Below, piece after piece: positions 51,904-64,000 of a DNA stretch of 64,000 nucleotides. The notes below the pieces were generated by a model. That model was not told the DNA's origin. It did no database searches and worked only from the letters and a program-made list of their open reading frames with translations. The DNA is taken from the NCBI GenBank assembly GCA_002269645.1, contig NIVC01001115.1, positions 187,403 to 251,402 of the forward strand, written 5' to 3'. Position numbers and translations under genes: made by a program. Each line of letters starts with the position of its first letter. Position 1 is the stretch's first letter. Source of the stretch: Macrostomum lignano (lineage: Eukaryota).

Positions 51904-54900
51904 TCAGTAGGCTCGACCGCCGCCTCCATGACCATAACCGTATCCTGAACCTCTTCCTCTGCCGCCGCCGCCGCTGCCGCCGCGCCAGCCGCCACCGCCG
52001 CTGCCGCCGCGCCAGCCGCCACCGCCGCCTCGCCGTTCCTGCTTATACTGCTGCTGCTGGTGGTGCGGCCTGTTGTCAGAATAATTAGAATACGGCCTCG
52101 CGTGTTGCCGCTGATCGGTGCCTTGATGCCGCTGATGGAAACCGCCAGCGAAGCCGCCGCCGCCGCGGCCACCTCCTCGGCCGCCTCCACCGGCGGCGCC
52201 AGCGGCCTCTCTGTTGTAGCGAGCGACCAGCTGTTCGGCCTCACGACGCGGCAACTCGGTGAACACCACCTCGTCAAATAGTCCGTCATGATCGCTTGGG
52301 ATTGAGAAATTGGCTGAAAAGGAGGCACTTTCTGATCAGTTAGGCTGCTGAGAGCTAAATGCAAGCCAACCCCTAAGGCACAGGGAGTGTACCGCTAGAA
52401 AGTCAAGATTCCCATGAACATCTCAGAAAATCTCCAATGGCCCATAGCATCTCAGCCATTCCCAGGCTATGAGACCTAGCATCTCAGCGATTCCCAGGCT
52501 ATGAGCCCTGGCGTCTCAGCGATTCCCAGGCTATGAGACCTAGCATCTCAGCGATTCCCAGGCTATGAGACCTAGCATCTCAGCAATTCCCAAGCTATGA
52601 GACCTAGTATCTCAGCGATTCCCAGGCTATGAGACCTAGCATCTCAGCCATTCCCAGGCTATGAGACCTAGCATCTCAGCCATTCCCAGGCTATGAGACC
52701 TAGCATCTCAGCCATTCCCAGGCTATGAGACCTAGCATCTCAGCGATTCCCAGGCTATGAGACCTAGCATCTCAGCAATTCCCAAGCTATGAGACCTAGT
52801 ATCTCAGCGATTCCCAGGCTATGAGACCTAGCATCTCAGCCATTCCCAGGCTATGAGACCTAGCATCTCAGCCATTCCCAGGCTATGAGACCTAGCATCT
52901 CAGCCATTCCCAGGCTATGAGACCTAGCATCTCAGCCATTCCCAGGCTATGAGACCTAGCATCTCAGCCATTCCCAGGCTATGAGACCTAGCATCTCAGC
53001 CATTCCCAGGCTATGAGACCTAGCATCTCAGCGATTCCCAGGCTATGAGACCTAGCATCTCAGCCATTCCCAGGCTATGAGACCTGGCATCTCAGCGATT
53101 CCCAGGCTATGAGACCTAGCATCTCAGCGATTCCCAGGCTATGAGACCTAGCATCTCAGCGATTCCCAGGCTATGAGACCTAGCATCTCAGCGATTCCCA
53201 GGCTATGAGACCTGGCATCTCAGCGATTCCCAGGCTATGAGACCTAGCATCTCAGCGATTCCCAGGCTATGAGACCTAGCATCTCAGCGATTCCCAGGCT
53301 ATGAGACCTAGCAAGCATCTCAGCGATTCCCAGGCTATGAGACCTAGCAAGCATCTCAGCGATTCCCAGGCTGTGAGACCTAGCAAACATCTCAGCGATT
53401 CCCAGGCTATGAGACCTAGCATCTCAGCGATTCCCAGGCTATGAGACCTAGCATCTCAGCGATTTCCAGGCTATGAGCCCTGGCTTCTAAGTGATTCCCA
53501 GGCTATGAGCCCTGGCTTCTAAGTGATTCCCAGGCTATGAGCCCTGGCATCTCAGAGATTCCAAGGCTATGACCTATGGCATCTCAGTTATTCCCTATGA
53601 GCCTTGGGATCTCAGCGATTCCCTATGACCCATGGAATCTCAGCGATTCTATATGACCCATGGAATCTTAGCAATTCCCTATGACGAATGGCATCTTAGC
53701 AATTCCCTATAACCCATGGCATCTCAGCAATTCCCCTATGACCTATGGCATCTCAATAAATTCTCTATGACCCATGGCATCTCAGCAATTCCCTATGACC
53801 CATGGAATCTCAGCGATTCCATATGACCCATGGAACCTTAGCAATTCCCTATGACGAATGGCATCACAACAATTCCCTATGACCCATGGCATATCAGCAA
53901 TTCCCTATGACCCATGGCATATCAGCAATTCCCTATGACCCATGGCATCTCAGCAATTCCCTATGACCCATGGCATCTCAGCAATTCCCTTTGACCCATG
54001 GCATCACAACAATTCCGTATGAGCCCTGGCATCTCAACAACTTTCCCATTGCGTCAGTTATAGTACCCCCTGTCCAATCGGAGATCAACACCTGAATTAT
54101 GATGAAACTTTTATGTTTGAAAATAATATTCACAGTTTTTCATACAGCACTCACCCTTCATAGACGCGATAGCCTGGTCAGGCACCTCCTTGCCTTCAAC
54201 TTTGCGCTGCCTATCAAGCCTGCGCTGGTACTCATCGTGCTCAGGCACCACAACAACAGCCAATCGCCTGTAGCCATCGAACGGCGCCATTTTCCTGCGC
54301 TGGGCGCTGGCGTACACGTTAGTCTGGTCCAGAATGTAGTTCCGCTTGCGCCGGCAGGCCACTTCAAACAGATCGTTTAAGCATTTCGTAGCCCGCTCGA
54401 TCAGCAACTCCCAGCGGCCGTGGTAGTTTCTCTGCCTTGGCAGGCCCATCACTTTCAGCCTGTCAATTATGCTGTTGGTGCCCAGTACACAGTAGCGCTT
54501 GTCGGCATTCTCTGAGCAGTGCTTCTCAGCCCACACAGATTTCCCAGCAGCTGGCAGGCCGCACATCATCAGCATAGTGCAGTCCTCGCGCTTGTCAGGC
54601 GGCAAATAGTTTCTTTGGCGATCGCGATGGGTCAGCTGGCCGATCTGAGTCCAGCCGCCTGCTGCCTCATCTTTTGACGGCGGGAACCAGGGCCTGAGGA
54701 TGGGTTAGGGAGATTTTGAAACTGCAACTACTGAGATCTTGGGGATTTTGAAACTGCAACTACTGAGATCTTGGAGATTTTGAAACTGCAACTACTGAGA
54801 TCTTGGAGATTTTGAAACTGCAACTACTGAGATCTTGGAGATTTTGAAACTGCAACTACTGAGATCTTGGGGATTTTGAAACTGCAACTACTGAGATCTT

Positions 54901-57395
54901 GGAGATTATGAAACTGCAACTACTGAGATCTTGGGGATTTTGAAACTGCAACTACTGAGATCTTGGAGATTTTGAAACTGCAACTACTGAGATCTTGGGG
55001 ATTTTGAAACTGCAACTACTGAGATCTTGGAGATTTTGAAACTGCAACTACTGAGATCTTGGAGATTTTGAAACTGCAACTACTGAGATCTTGGAGATTT
55101 TGAAACTGCAACTACTGAGATCTTGGAGATTTTGAAACTGCAACTACTCAAATCTTGGGGATTTTGAAACTGCAACTACTGAGATCTTGGGGATTTTGAA
55201 ACTGCAACTACTGAGATCTTGGAGATTTTGAAACTGCAACTACTCAAATCTTGGGGATTTTGAAACTGCAACTACTGAGATCTTGGGGATTTTGAAACTG
55301 CAAGTTAATATTAATATTAAAACCTACAGAACCAGAAAGTCTTCAGACTGAGATAAAAGACTCACTTGCGCTGACCAAAGTTGACTTCGAACTGCACATT
55401 TTTAGTCAGCAAGTGCGGAAACAGCGGCTTATTGCGGGCCTCATTGGCCGTGTAGCAGACGCCGAGGCTGCGCCCGTTCAGAGCGTACGAGATGATCGGC
55501 ACGCCGTCATCGCGGTACTCCTGCGTGAGAAGTTGAGCATTGGTAATGAACATAGAGCGATTGTCAAGATAGATTGAGGGCGATTCTCAAGTTAGATAAA
55601 GGGCGATTCTCAGGATAGATTGAGGGCGATTCTCAGAGTACATTGAAAGCGATTCTCAGGGTAGATTGAAGGCGATTCTCAGGGTAGATTGAGGGCAATT
55701 CTCAGGGTAGATTGAGGGCAATTCTCAGGGTAGATTGAGGGCAATTCTCAGGGTAGATTGAGAGCGATTCTCAGGGTAGATTAAGAGCGATTCTAAGGGT
55801 AGATCAAGAGCGATTCTTAGGGTAGATATTAGATGATTCTCAGTATCAGGGTGCATTAAAGATGGTATTTGAAGGCAGATTAAGGACAATTCAATTCAAT
55901 TCAAAAGCAATTCTTAACAAAACTGCTTAAAAATGCGCGAATCTTTGTTAATAAAGTGCAATTATCAAAGTTGATGCAGTGAAATTTCAAATACACACTT
56001 CCATAACATTCCAAGCTTTTTCAAGTTCGTTTTAAAAAACTATAATAAGCAAATTACCAGAAAACAGCCGACAACATCGCCAGAGTCAAAGGGACCGCCG
56101 TAGTCCTTGAACTGCGAATCAGTGCTGGCTTTGCCGGAGCCGCCGTAGCCGTAAGACAGCGGCTCCTCGCCCAGCACCATGCCGGCGCCTAATGGCGACC
56201 AGCCGCAGCGCAGCAGAAACATCAGCCGCTCCTCCGGCGGTGCCGAGACGTCGCGATTGTGCTGCCCGATCCGCACCTGGGATTCGAGGGGTGAGTGGCC
56301 CTGTGATGCCGCGTGTGCAGTTTCACTCCACTGACACCAACCTCACTCCACTGACACCCACCTCACTCCACTGACACCAACCTCACTCCACTAAAACCCA
56401 CCTCACTCCACTGACACCAACCTCACTCCACTGACACCCACCTCACTCCACTGACACCAACCTCACTCCACTAACACCCACCCCACTCCACTGACACCAA
56501 CCTCACTCCACTGACACCCACCTCACTCCACTGGCACCAATCTGCTGTAACCCCCTTAATCAATGAAAAACTCAATAATCCAAGCCAGAATCAGCAAGCC
56601 TTACGCACCTCGTAAAACACGCGGCCCCGCCTAGCGGCATAGGTAGCCTGAGCGCCAGCCCACATGTTAGCAAAGCCGCCGTGACTAAATGGCTTGGCAT
56701 TGACACCGTCAGTATCAATCATTAGCCAGAGATCGCTGTTGTATAGATCTAGCCGCACGGATTCGTCCTGCTCCCAGCCCCGCGGCTCCTCTGTGATGCG
56801 CGAACGAATCGAATTGCCACCTCCTATGGGTGCAATTGTAGACAGATTGGTCAGATCAGAACGGTTTTTAAGCAAACACACAGGGTGTACAGCAGCATTG
56901 ATCCCTTAAACTTCTTATCATGAGTCAGTGAGACAAGCGCGGCCCTCTCATGTGCCAGCGGTCTAGGCTCGATTCCTAAGTGCAGTCACATTCGATCATT
57001 TGGGGCTAAATTGGAATCTCGGATTCATTCAATCCGAATGTCGGCGGAATGGGCAACAATGCCTCTCGCCAGTTGTGTGACAATGTCGCTTGAAGTGCGC
57101 CAGGGTGCACACAGCTCCTTGCTTCTAACTAAAAGAAGCCCCAGAAACCAATATTTCATGTACAAGCCCCGGATTGTCGCGTGTTTCGAACGGTTCCTAA
57201 GAGCTTTCCACTTACCCTCGCGAACTCTGCTAGAGCCATCGCCCACATCACCACAACCACCACCAGGTCGAATTGGAGACCTGTCGCGATCCAGACGCTG
57301 CTGCTGCTGACGATGCTCGAACCCAGCAGCTGGAGGTGGCGGCTGATAGTCGTACGAACTGCGACACCCGCCAGCAGCGAAGCCAAAGCCGCTGT
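51904..57395 (-). CDS. HNRNPUL1: hnRNP U / hnRNP U-like 1 (SPRY, P-loop AAA_33-type, RGG tail); exons 57395-57216, 56823-56609, 56276-56058, 55520-55366, 54693-54155, 52313-51904; 5' exon(s) not located
   Basis: VRLDLYNSDL..NMWAGAQATY; LGEEPLSYGYGG; LFPHLLTKNVQFEVNFGQ; LMMCGLPAAGKSVWA; RNYHGRWELLIERATKCLN..RNYILDQTNVYASAQRRKMAPF; ANFSIP..FDEVVFTEL. All six exons join in phase through GT-AG introns. Confidence 0.93.
52440..54040. repeat. Intronic 32-bp array grading into a 28-bp array
   Basis: gcatctcagcgattcccaggctatgagaccta (32 bp) to about 53580, then catctcagcaattccctatgacccatgg (28 bp). Confidence 0.95.
54710..55303. repeat. Intronic 32-bp minisatellite
   Basis: gagattttgaaactgcaactactgagatcttg, about 18 copies. 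Confidence 0.95.
55565..55845. repeat. Intronic 23-bp minisatellite (GGGCGATT family)
   Basis: gagggcgattctcagggtagatt units. Confidence 0.9.
56322..56540. repeat. Intronic 20-bp minisatellite
   Basis: cctcactccactgacaccca/caa with a 20-bp period. Confidence 0.92.
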
Positions 57396-58783
57396 CTGAT
57401 TTTGTTATTGTTGTTTTTTGCGTTTGTGCTCAAGCAATTTGTTATCAAAGTCTGCATTGAGCGCTTTTGAATTTAGATTGTATGAATGTGGAATGTGAAA
57501 TATGTGAAGCATTCCCGATGCTCTCAGTAGTTACACAGACAGATATATATGAACTTTTCTCACAAGATTCTTCAATAAGTAAAAATAAGATTAAAAGTTT
57601 TAAGTGTACTTATTTACTAAATTATCAGCTTGGATTCTTTGAACCTTCCCTTTTGCCCCCACCACATCGACTAAACAAAATACACATGCTGTAGGAAATC
57701 TTTGCTGCTTCTTGAAACTGGCAAAAAAGTAGATATAAGAACTAGATATAGGAAATGTGCATTCCTATAACTATATCCATAATTTTCTGTAACCATATTA
57801 ATAGCTACATTGCAACACTGAAAAAAATGAAGATTTTTTCCAATAAGCCACAAATCAAACTGAAGTTTATCCAATTTGTTTAGCAGCAGCAATATAACAA
57901 ACGCTATCTCATCAATCTGAAATCCCTAAGAACTTAAGGGCTGTTTAAAAATGGTTAAAGTATGAAACTTATTTTCTAATTAGAATCATTATATTTCTTC
58001 TAAATAAAATTTTACTTACTGTGACTCATGAATGCCAGCAGAAGGTCGTATAATTTTTAAAAAGAAAACTGTGCAATTTAAAGTTTCCTGTTGTCAACAA
58101 TACTTGACTTCTGAAAAAGCAAAAATATATGCAATTAGTATTTGGAAAGTTAAATTATAATTGGACAGACCAAATTATTTTTTTATTTTATAATGTCCTT
58201 TATATACTATAAATTGATCAATAGAATCTATAATATATATATTTATATTTGCTTTATAATTCTAATAGGTCTTAGTCTTAAACAACTTGAAAACAAAATT
58301 AAAAAAAAAGAAAGTTGTTTTAGCAATTATACTTTTTATGCAAGTTTTTTTACAATGAATTTCCTTTGCTTAATGGGATTATAGCCTAGTGGTGGAGTAT
58401 TATATTTACAACTTGAACATTAGGGGTTTGATTCCTGATCTCCACTGAAACAATTGTCTAGATATCCCATTATTTTTCTTTATCTAGAATCCGCTTAGTT
58501 TAGACTTTGTGCCCAAAAACTATTTGTACACCAACTTTTTTAAAACATATTCTTTAAAAAAATACAAGAGTTTTACTTAACTTTAAATATGAAACCATAC
58601 TAAAAAAGAATTTACTCCATTTCAAAAAAAATTCCTTAACATCTGATTTTTGGTCAAGCCCTTGGCCTTTTTTCTTTGATTTCTAGGCCATTGTCCCATA
58701 CAAGTAGTTCCAAATATTTAGAAAATCTAGGAAAATGAATTTCCATATGTTTGACACATTATGTTAAAGTCTCAAAACCATAG

Positions 58784-59569
58784 GGCTCATTCCATATAAG
58801 ATGGACATATTTGGAAAATAGAAAAAAGTCAATATTTTTGCTTGCCATTGCCTAATTAGCCTATTTTTTTACCAAATGTTTATACTGTGCAATATATACA
58901 ATCTAAGAATAAAGGAATGGTAAAATGTTGGATTAGTATGTTATCAATTGGCAAAAAGTCATTTTTGTAAAAATTTGGACATTTTTCGAAGCAAAAGACA
59001 TCATTAAGATTTTGTACCTTTTAAAAACAAATAGAAAGCTTTTGAAGGTTGAAACAAACTATAGATAAAAGTATAGTACTTGCATCATCAGATAAAAGCA
59101 TTGGTGACCAAATAATCTATTATATTTTTAATGTATTAGTACCTCAAAGTTACTGAATTGATAGAAAAAAATATGTTACGACCATAATGTTACGACCATA
59201 AGGCTGCCTTTTCTTTTGTATCTTTGTTGCCTTTTGAGTTTATATATTCTAATAAAAGAGTATGATTTCTAAAGATGTTCTTAGTCAAATTTTAAAAATG
59301 TATTGCAAAATATCAAAAAAGAAAAATGTTATAAGACTTTTACCTTTTAGTTTCTATATGTCAAAAATCCTGTCGTTACGACCATAAGTGTCATTTAAGG
59401 TTTAATAGCATCTATACTAATGATGATATCTATATGAAACTCTATAAATATATTCTAGACAAAATAATCTTTCATTTAAAATATTGGTTTAGTATATTCT
59501 ATTATTAGATTTAATTTTATAAGTAAAAATAACCTGTCATGTTACGACCATGCTTATATGGAATGAGCC
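58784..59569. mobile_element. Unclassified MITE, 17-bp TIR, 4-bp TSD
   Basis: ATAG|GGCTCATTCCATATAAG...CTTATATGGAATGAGCC|ATAG, with internal gttacgaccat repeats. Confidence 0.8.
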
Positions 59570-60374
59570 ATAGCATAAAACACTTTCTTAACTTTGGGGT
59601 CTACTTTTTAAAAATATGATGCAGTTTTTGAAAAATGTCATTTTATGTACTTTTTGGCACTTGGGCAAGTTATTAATGGCCCAATTAGCTGGATCTTGGT
59701 GTTTTCAAATATAGGACATCTAGTTGAATGATTTGGTATATAAAAAAAAACAAAAATAAAGTTTTACATCTCAACAAGATAGGCCTCTAATTCTAAAAAG
59801 TCCACTAAAATTTTTGTACTTTTAGAGTGCAGATAGGCAACCATGTGAAAAGTACATTTTAGCCTTAAAAATGCATCAAACAACCCTAGATCTACCACCT
59901 TTTTGTACGCTATAGACGAAGCAACTTTTCTAGCAGATGAATTAGATATGGGTCCTAGAATTTATAGGTACCCATTAGATTACTTATTAAAGCCCTTTTA
60001 AGCACAAGAAAGACATGTCATAACAGTAGACAACATGCTAAGCACCTAATCTAATCAAGACAAAAGTGTAGGCCTACCTTTTTATAGGATTAAAAGCATA
60101 ACAATTGGATGATTTTTGTGGTCTACGTTAAACCAACTTTTATGAGTTGAAACAAACATACATAATTTACTTATTTGAATAGAAATTGTTTGAATAGAAA
60201 TTGCAAAACTATGGCTTATTCCAATTTTCTGTATTCTGTAGCCATAGGGATCCCAATATTAGCATATTCCCATAGTTCTTATAGTCATAGCCATAGTTTT
60301 AACAAAAAGTCTAGAAAACAAAATATTTTGAATCAAGAAGATAACCTAGTGCTTAAACAACTGTGAATTAAGTT

Positions 60375-61637
60375 CCCTATTAGAATAAGTTGACAAAACG
60401 TGGACAACCATCCGTCGCATTTTTCGGATTCTCCTGGTATTGCGTCGCGCGACAGTGGTGTCAAGTGGTGTGTTGCGTCACGTGACACTGTGGAAACCTG
60501 GTGTCGTCATGCGTCGCATTGTAGCCTAGATCTGCAGCCAAAACCTTGCAAACTGTGTTTCATTCATTCATTGTAATATGTTCACAGCCATAGTCTGGAT
60601 CATGGCCTATATGCCAAATTAATTTGGCGTAGTCACCCCTTGCTAACCCTATTGGTGTACATTGGCGTACAACCAAAAAATTGGGCTCTACCTATTGGCG
60701 TGTGGCATACACACTGTTGCTGTTGCAACTTGCAATGTAATGTACATAAACATCATTTTTTTAGGAATTTGCACAATAATTTAAAAAATGGAATTTTTGT
60801 TACAAATACATTCACTTTAACAAAATATATTCCCATCTATTGTTCTATTGAATAATTTTAATATTCTAATAAACCTGCTGCTAGAGGCATAATATATATT
60901 TTACTTGCTTGCAGTATAACAGGGATATATATAACATAGGTGTAACTGTATTTAAATTGCAATATGCTCCATTTTTCGTTAACTTATATTTTTCGTTTCG
61001 TTAATTTTTCATTGAATAGTTTTGAAGTAGGAAATTTGTACCTGTAAAAGTGGCGTACAGTTAGGGAAGGCAGAAAAAATTTGGCGTACATTGGCGTACA
61101 AACTGTGGATCCATCAAGTTTTAGTTTGGTATACACCCTGCCATGATCCGGACTATGGGTTCACAGTTGTTTCTCAGTATTTAAATGTTTCAAACATGTT
61201 TGATAATAATTAGTTCTTGAATTGTTCTTTTTTATTTTGACAGTAAAATAACTAATACTTCAAATATAATTTTTAGAAATGTTACTTGTTAGTTACAATG
61301 CATGGGCTATTTTTCTAAGTGTTGTAACCTTTATTGTTTTACTGTTTATTCTTTTTAAATTTCATTTCTTTTTCTGCGAAGTTGAAAGGAATACTCTTGT
61401 CTGTTACCCCATGGTCTTGGTGTCGGGAGTAAACAGCAAAATGGAAATTGTCAATTGCAATGTGGCTGCTGTGGTGTCCTCCCCCCCCCCTAGTCATTCA
61501 GTCAATAGACATCGGTGTTGCATCACGCATCGCCACCCCCCAGTCAACAAAATTTGGTGTCGCGTCGCACTTTTAAGGGCACAATTTTGGCACCCGTGTC
61601 GCGCATCCGCGGGTTTTTGAAACTTATTCCAATAGGG
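60375..61637. mobile_element. Probable TIR element (17-bp imperfect TIR) hosting a nested MITE
   Basis: CCCTATTAGAATAAGTT...AACTTATTCCAATAGGG, with gcgtcgc/tgtcgc subterminal motifs at both ends. No clean TSD. Confidence 0.55.
60588..61158. mobile_element. MITE with 19-bp TIR and 8-bp TSD (hAT-like by TSD length)
   Basis: GTTCACAG|CCATAGTCTGGATCATGGC...GCCATGATCCGGACTATGG|GTTCACAG, with internal ttggcgta repeats. Confidence 0.88.
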
Positions 61638-64000
61638 ATTAAAAGTTAGAAAATAAAAGAAACACTCGATTGCCTTTGTAAGATTATATTTCATCTTTTT
61701 AAAAAGCAACAGTACTTAATTGCTGTTAAACACTAAACTCTACTGTCTAAACTAGGGCCTAAAATATATAAAAACTTATAATAATTTATATCATATATGA
61801 TTCTAAAATAAATATAACTGAATAATGTCTAATGACTAATGGTTACATTAAAACATGATATCATAGGCCTAGGCCCTAATTTTATTTAATTCAATACAAT
61901 TGAATTGGGGGCCTAAGCATTCTGATAAGTAGGGGCCTAGGCCTAGCCTAGGCCTATGCCTACTATCTAATCTAATATCTAGGCCTATAGTTAGGCCCTA
62001 TTAGTTTATCCAAAACTGATTTATATTTTATATAGGCCTATTCCAATATAATCAATATTACTAATACTAGGCACATTGATCATGCCAAAAAATAGGCCTA
62101 TGCCACATCCCATAGGTCCTATCCAAATCTATTATTAGGGGCCACCGGGCTCCGCGCGCCTCCGCCTAGGACGACTAGGCCTAATCTACTAGGCCTAGGC
62201 CAATGCCCTACTCAAAAAAACTTTAAAAGGTAAAAAAATCGGTCCGGGGTCCTAGCTACATAAACTTGAGATGAGAACAACAACAAAACTTATGAGGCTA
62301 AAGGAGAAATGCCACAACAATTCTAAACTTCGGAGTAAGTCAGAAATGGAAAATTCGGAAAACTAGTCGTGCCCTCGATATTTGTTTTCGTTTAAATTTG
62401 TATTCGTTGCATTAAATTTAACTTTTTTAAACAAAGATATATATATATATATAGGATGCAAAGTCTGCAAATTATTTACATACAGAAAGCTGCAGTCACA
62501 GGAGTTTTTAATAGAAAGTTTTCATATTTGTATAGATACCACTTTATCTAAGTCTTAACAGTTAAAGATTTTTGCACTTAAAATCGCTGATCTTACATGG
62601 ATTGAAGTGCAAGTATTGCTGATATAGATATATGTAAATTATGCATGCAAATATAACATTAGATAGATAATAATCCAGGTACGGCTACTGCTTAACTTTA
62701 TTTTTTCAACTGTCAAATATTCCATGGTCGTAAGTTTCAGTTAATACAGCGTGATAAACTGACGTGGGTTACTTCTTGCTATTGTTTTATTTAAAATGCA
62801 TGTTTACACACTTATGTAACATGTATGACGAATAAGCGAAAAGACGTGGTGTAGCGGTGAATCAGATTAAGTTAAAGTCTATAATTCTAAACAGCAGCCG
62901 ACTTCACACTAAGGCCGGTCGGGACATTACATGTAATTTTATGTTTATTTATTGGCAACTAAAAGTCGGCAAGAGCCGAGCTGTAGATAGGCGGTGGTAG
63001 GCAGAGGCCAAGGAGGCCAGACGGCTAAGGGTCCGAGAGTAGAGAAGGTCGAGAAAGGGGGAGCACGCGCAAGAGTGCGAAGGCGGCCGCGCTGACTGCA
63101 AGCGTTATATTTAAGGTAAACAAGGATAACAATTGGAGACAAGCCTAATCCGATAATGAGACGAAAATCAATCGATAAAAATATCGTGCCAGAATACTGT
63201 AAGTCAATGGACATAGATGGAAACTATACTTTACGGAAAGTACATGTAATACACACATGTAGCTTTCGTATGAAATTAAAATATAGAATAACTATACTTA
63301 CATCAAGGTGACAAATAACAACAAATACAAAAGTAAACATTTAGCGCTTAATTAATACGAATAGAATTGTTAAAATGGAACGAAGGAATATGTACAATAT
63401 ACAAGTATAGTACGGTATGCGTGCGAAATAAGGATATAGCATATACATAACCACACTGTCACACACATGTATTTTCGCTTGTGATGGGTTTCGGCCTTTT
63501 CGGTCCCTTTCGGGAAGCCTTCGGGCCTCTGTCTCAGAAATAAATCAATTAAAGCCCTGCCCCCCACTCCTGTCAGATGGTCAGCCCCATGGTAGCTTGA
63601 TCTGTGGCGAGCAGTCTAGGTCCTATAGCTAAGAGAGGGACAGCGAGAGACAAGCAGTGAGAATTTTGAAGGTAGAGATCAGCTAATCCGCAGATTAACT
63701 AACCCGCTGCCACCAGCTCGTGCGTCCTGGCTCACCAAACCGGAACTTTCGAAATCGGGCTTCCGACTAGAGGGGGCTTAGCACTTACCTTCCAACTAGT
63801 GTCTTTTTGCTGTCTATCTCGAAGTCATAGCCGATGATAAGGGACACTGCTAACACTTGATCGCATTGGCCATGCAGGTACAGAGGGGACTTGTGCAGGG
63901 GATTCTTGCAGTGGCGAGTCTATGGGGTAGCTACATGTACTATTACATTGCTAAATACGAAGATATGTACTTTTGGCCTTCAACGCGCCAACTAGCCTCT

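Noticed and set aside
57025-57310. Short ORFs in the 57.0-57.3 kb region
   Set aside because: Intron or antisense frames of hnRNPUL1; the spliced frame explains the region.
61860-62210. Cluster of AGGCCT/TAGGCCTA palindromes
   Set aside because: No defined unit, termini or TSD; could not support a specific structure.

Overview
Eukaryotic (invertebrate-type) genomic DNA with short GT-AG introns, GC-rich exons and very repeat-rich non-coding DNA. The organism cannot be identified from the sequence. Four spliced genes lie on the minus strand: an hnRNP U/UL1-like gene (SPRY + P-loop + RGG; 57.4-51.9 kb), a divergent DDA1-like gene (48.6 to 13.9 kb), a DDA1 gene (11.5-10.4 kb) and a Shc-like PTB-domain gene (8.4-7.5 kb). 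The dominant structure is a 33,107-bp block (14388-47494) of six non-autonomous Helitron units plus one 5' stub, joined head-to-tail (hairpin-CTAG|TC). It sits exactly at an A|T site inside the last intron of the DDA1-like gene, and each unit carries a tRNA-like module and its own expanding minisatellite arrays. The left 7 kb holds decayed CACTA/EnSpm-type elements, including a CIDE-N-domain accessory pseudogene. Several TIR/TSD-bounded MITEs and many intronic minisatellites are also present. Most long ORFs in the supplied track are artefacts of tandem repeats. All protein assignments are by motif recognition from memory, not by database search.
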